Part shown: positions 61,230-64,000 of the stretch, one piece after another
Layout: each line of letters opens with the position of its first letter
How positions within the stretch are numbered: the stretch's first letter is position 1
Assembly: GCA_965223865.1 (NCBI GenBank)
Contig: OZ245020.1
Location: forward strand, 224,001-288,000
DNA length: 64,000 nucleotides
From: Nitrosarchaeum sp.
Lineage (GTDB): Archaea > Thermoproteota > Nitrososphaeria > Nitrososphaerales > Nitrosopumilaceae
Direction: 5' to 3'
Made by a program: the position numbers and the translations under genes
Notes under the pieces: model-generated
Seen by the model: only the letters and a program-made list of their open reading frames with translations
What the model was told of the DNA's origin: nothing
The model's database searches: none

Positions 61230-62000
61230 TTATCGAAGAGACACACGTTGTTTTTCCTGATAAGCCCTATCCAAGTTTTCCTTGGTAAACACTTCCTTTA
61301 TTGGACCTGTGGCCACCAAACTCCTGTTTAGCATTACAACCCAGTCAAAATACTTGTCCACTGTTTGAAGATCGTGATGAACCATTACAATGGTTTTTCC
61401 TTCCTTTCTGATGTTCTCAAGTATTGAGAGTATGGTCTCCTCTGTTATGGCATCAACTCCGTTTAATGGTTCGTCCATAAGGTAGATTTGAGGATCCTGT
61501 GCCAAAGCTCTTGCAACAAACACTCTTTGCTGCTGGCCACCAGATAACTGTCCAATCTGTCGGTCTGCATAATCTTCTAATCCTACCTTTGTTAGGCACT
61601 CTCTTGCCTTCTCTCTTGTTTGGGAATTGGGGCGTCGTAACCATCCAAGTTTCCCATAAAGTCCCATTTCTACAACATCTAATGCATCAGTTGGAAAATC
61701 CCAATCAACAGAACCTCTCTGCGGAACATAAGCCACTTTGCTTCTCTGTCTTGAATATGGTTTACCGTAAACGTTTACTTTGCCCGCAGTAATTGGAACT
61801 AAATTCATAACTGCTTTAATCAGAGTTGACTTGCCTGCTCCGTTAGGACCCACAATTGCAATCATCTTTCCCTCTGGAAAATTAAGATCTATATTCCACA
61901 ATGCAGGTTCGGTACGATATGTGACCGACAGATTCCTTATCTTAATTGGATGTGTTTTTCCTTCTGTCGAGTTTTTTTGGTCTGATTTCTGTTCCATCAT
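61230..62000 (-). CDS. Mn/Zn ABC transporter ATPase (TroB/MntB-like)
   Basis: GPNGAGKST, YVPQRGSVDWDFP and LSGGQQQR motifs. Confidence 0.94.
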   Translation of the reverse strand: MMEQKSDQKNSTEGKTHPIKIRNLSVTYRTEPALWNIDLNFPEGKMIAIVGPNGAGKSTLIKAVMNLVPITAGKVNVYGKPYSRQRSKVAYVPQRGSVDWDFPTDALDVVEMGLYGKLGWLRRPNSQTREKARECLTKVGLEDYADRQIGQLSGGQQQRVFVARALAQDPQIYLMDEPLNGVDAITEETILSILENIRKEGKTIVMVHHDLQTVDKYFDWVVMLNRSLVATGPIKEVFTKENLDRAYQEKQRVSLR

Positions 62001-62971
62001 TTTAATGCCTGCACAATTGTATCTACGTTGTGTGTGAATGCTCCAATGTAGGTTCCTTCATGAGTTCCTTTTTCTCCTATTGCATCTGAAAATAGTTCTC
62101 CACCAATTATGACATCATGTCCTTTATCTTGGACGGCTGCTTTTAGAGCCTCTATCGTTGCAGGAGAAATTGAGGTTTCAACAAACACAGCTTTTATCTT
62201 TCTCTTAGTTATTTCGTCAGCTAAATTCTGAATCTCTCTTATTCCGGCTTCACTATCGGTGCTCCAACCTTGTATTGCCATTTCCTCCAAACCATAGGTA
62301 TGACCAAAATACTGAAATGCATCATGAGCAGTTACAAGGACTCTTTGTTCTTTTGGAATGGTATTCATCTTCTCCAAACTGTCCTCGTTAAGCTCACGTA
62401 AGTAAGTTAGATATTCTTCAAGATTCTCCTCATACATTTGAGAATTTTCAGGATCGTATTCACTCAATCCCGTTGCTACGACCTTAGCTGCTTCCATCCA
62501 CAATTCAGCATTCCACCAAATATGAGGATCAAAATGACCTGCGGTATCTAGACTAAGTAGTGATTCATTCGAAATATTTTCAGAAACTGCCCACACTGCA
62601 GTTCCTTCTCTTCCTATTTTGACAAAGATGTCCCCCATCTTGCCTTCCAAGTCTAGGCCGTTGTAAAATACAATATCTGCCTCCTGAAGTTTCTTTACGT
62701 CACTTGCGCTAGGACGATATAAGTGAGGATCCACTCCAGGTCCCATTAGTCCCGTAACCAACACACGGTCTCCTCCAATATTTTCCACGAGATCCGTTAT
62801 CACGTTAGTTGTTGTTGTAACAATAACTTTCTCAGAATCGTTTGCAGAATGTTCTACATCTGCAACATTCATTTCACTAGCATCATTGTTGTTTTGAACA
62901 AAAACAGTTGAAGAAATTCCTGCTATTATGACCACAATTGCAATAGATAATATCAAAATTGATTTTTTCAT
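61997..62971 (-). CDS. Mn/Zn ABC transporter substrate-binding protein (TroA/MntA-like)
   Basis: GVDPHLY, DPHIW, TAHDAF and ELFSD metal ligands. Confidence 0.94.
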   Translation of the reverse strand: MKKSILILSIAIVVIIAGISSTVFVQNNNDASEMNVADVEHSANDSEKVIVTTTTNVITDLVENIGGDRVLVTGLMGPGVDPHLYRPSASDVKKLQEADIVFYNGLDLEGKMGDIFVKIGREGTAVWAVSENISNESLLSLDTAGHFDPHIWWNAELWMEAAKVVATGLSEYDPENSQMYEENLEEYLTYLRELNEDSLEKMNTIPKEQRVLVTAHDAFQYFGHTYGLEEMAIQGWSTDSEAGIREIQNLADEITKRKIKAVFVETSISPATIEALKAAVQDKGHDVIIGGELFSDAIGEKGTHEGTYIGAFTHNVDTIVQALK

Positions 62972-63000
62972 AATTGAATAAGCAACGAATTAGGTTTATT

Positions 63001-63024
63001 TAAATTTAGCCTAGGCTAAATTTA
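63001..63024. promoter_or_regulatory. DtxR/MntR-type operator palindrome
   Basis: Perfect 24-bp inverted repeat TAAATTTAGCCTAGGCTAAATTTA, 30 bp upstream of the troA-like start. Confidence 0.85.
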
Positions 63025-63073
63025 TTAGCCTGACGCAAATCTATAAAAAATACATAGTGTAGATTTGTTATAC

Positions 63074-63565
63074 TCAAAAGTTGGATTTTTGAAATTCTGA
63101 GACAAGTCCAGGTTTTGATTTTAGAAACAGAATGAATTTTTTTAGCTGTTTTGTTGTTTTTGGATTAAGATGATGCTCTATTCCCTCAACATCTTGGTTT
63201 GCAGTATGACTATCTACTCCAAGCATCTCAAAGAATTCCAAGAGATCGCTGTGTTTTTGTCTTATCTCATTTGCTATGTTTTTTCCTAATTTAGTAAGAT
63301 GCAATCCTTGATATTTTTCATATTCAATATACTCTAACTCATCTAATCTGCGCAGCATCTTGGTAACACTAGGAGGACTGACATCCATGTAGTTTGATAT
63401 GTCCATTGGGATGGCATATCCTTTTAATTCAATCAATTCGGAGATTACTTCCAAATAATCTTCCATTCTAGAGGTGAATTTTGAGTCTTCATGAACTCTC
63501 ACTTTTTTTATTGACTCTAATCGCTCTCCTTTTTTACTGCTTTTTTTATTTAGTGAGTTCATCAT
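63074..63565 (-). CDS. mntR: MntR/DtxR family regulator
   Basis: MEDYLEVI, VSPPSVTKML and DVEGIEHH motifs; adjacent to the Mn ABC operon. Confidence 0.9.
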   Translation of the reverse strand: MMNSLNKKSSKKGERLESIKKVRVHEDSKFTSRMEDYLEVISELIELKGYAIPMDISNYMDVSPPSVTKMLRRLDELEYIEYEKYQGLHLTKLGKNIANEIRQKHSDLLEFFEMLGVDSHTANQDVEGIEHHLNPKTTKQLKKFILFLKSKPGLVSEFQKSNF

Positions 63566-63841
63566 TAGGATATGATTTGCTTAGATTTTTAATTTATCTG
63601 TCCAAAACGTCTTTTCTTACAAAAAAATCAAAAATCTTGTTATCTTTTGGAAGGATGTTCAATTAGTCGGTTAGAAAAATTTTGAAAATAAATGGATTTA
63701 CACTCGTAATGAGATTCTAGATTTTTATTTCAAGATGATACATCAAGTATTTGGTTTGATACATTTTGATGTTTTAAAAAAATAAAATAAGATTATAGAC
63801 TCTTCTGTATTTTTAATATCATCTTTAGCAATTATGGTTTT

Positions 63842-64000
63842 ATGAGCAACCAACAACTACAAGAAACAAGACCTTGGGTCATAATCACGGTGTTTAAAGA
63901 AAACACAACTACAAGAGACCTTCAGAGAATTTCCCCAGAGATTCAAAATCTAATAGACGAATGGCAAAGTAATGGAAAGATAATGTGGTCTGGTGCATTT
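63842..64000 (+). CDS. Partial ORF (runs off window), possibly YciI-like
   Basis: MSNQQLQETRPWVII...EWQSNGKIMWSGAF is open to the window end. Confidence 0.55.
   Translation, partial: MSNQQLQETRPWVIITVFKENTTTRDLQRISPEIQNLIDEWQSNGKIMWSGAF

Overview
This AT-rich window is from an ammonia-oxidising archaeon (Nitrososphaerota, Nitrosopumilus-like), judged from the gene set: aglB, tetraether synthase, gatDE, cdc48, pelota, archaeal SRP RNA, TBP, thermosome, ESCRT-III and dnaK/dnaJ/grpE. Core chromosome occupies 1-18.5 kb and 50.1-64 kb. Between them lies a ~31.7 kb decaying genomic island, bounded by tRNA-Leu(CAG) (50139-50223, minus) and a 17-bp degenerate copy of its 3' end at 18485-18501, with a frameshifted, truncated tyrosine integrase next to the tRNA. 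The island carries likely extra copies of core machinery (TBP, thermosome, Hsp20, two tandem ESCRT-III/CdvB genes). It also holds about a dozen Cys/His zinc-finger microproteins mostly missed by the ORF track, a twice-present leaderless micro-ORF cassette with a covarying RNA hairpin, a RelE-type TA pair, a frameshifted membrane-anchored PD-(D/E)XK nuclease, and an AT-rich response-regulator/GT2 polysaccharide module. Outside the island are a C/D-box sRNA whose D guide predicts Cm34 in tRNA-Leu(CAA), a possible split nucleotide-sugar dehydrogenase, and an Mn/Zn ABC operon with a perfect DtxR/MntR-type palindrome. All calls come from reading the sequence by eye; no database searches were run.
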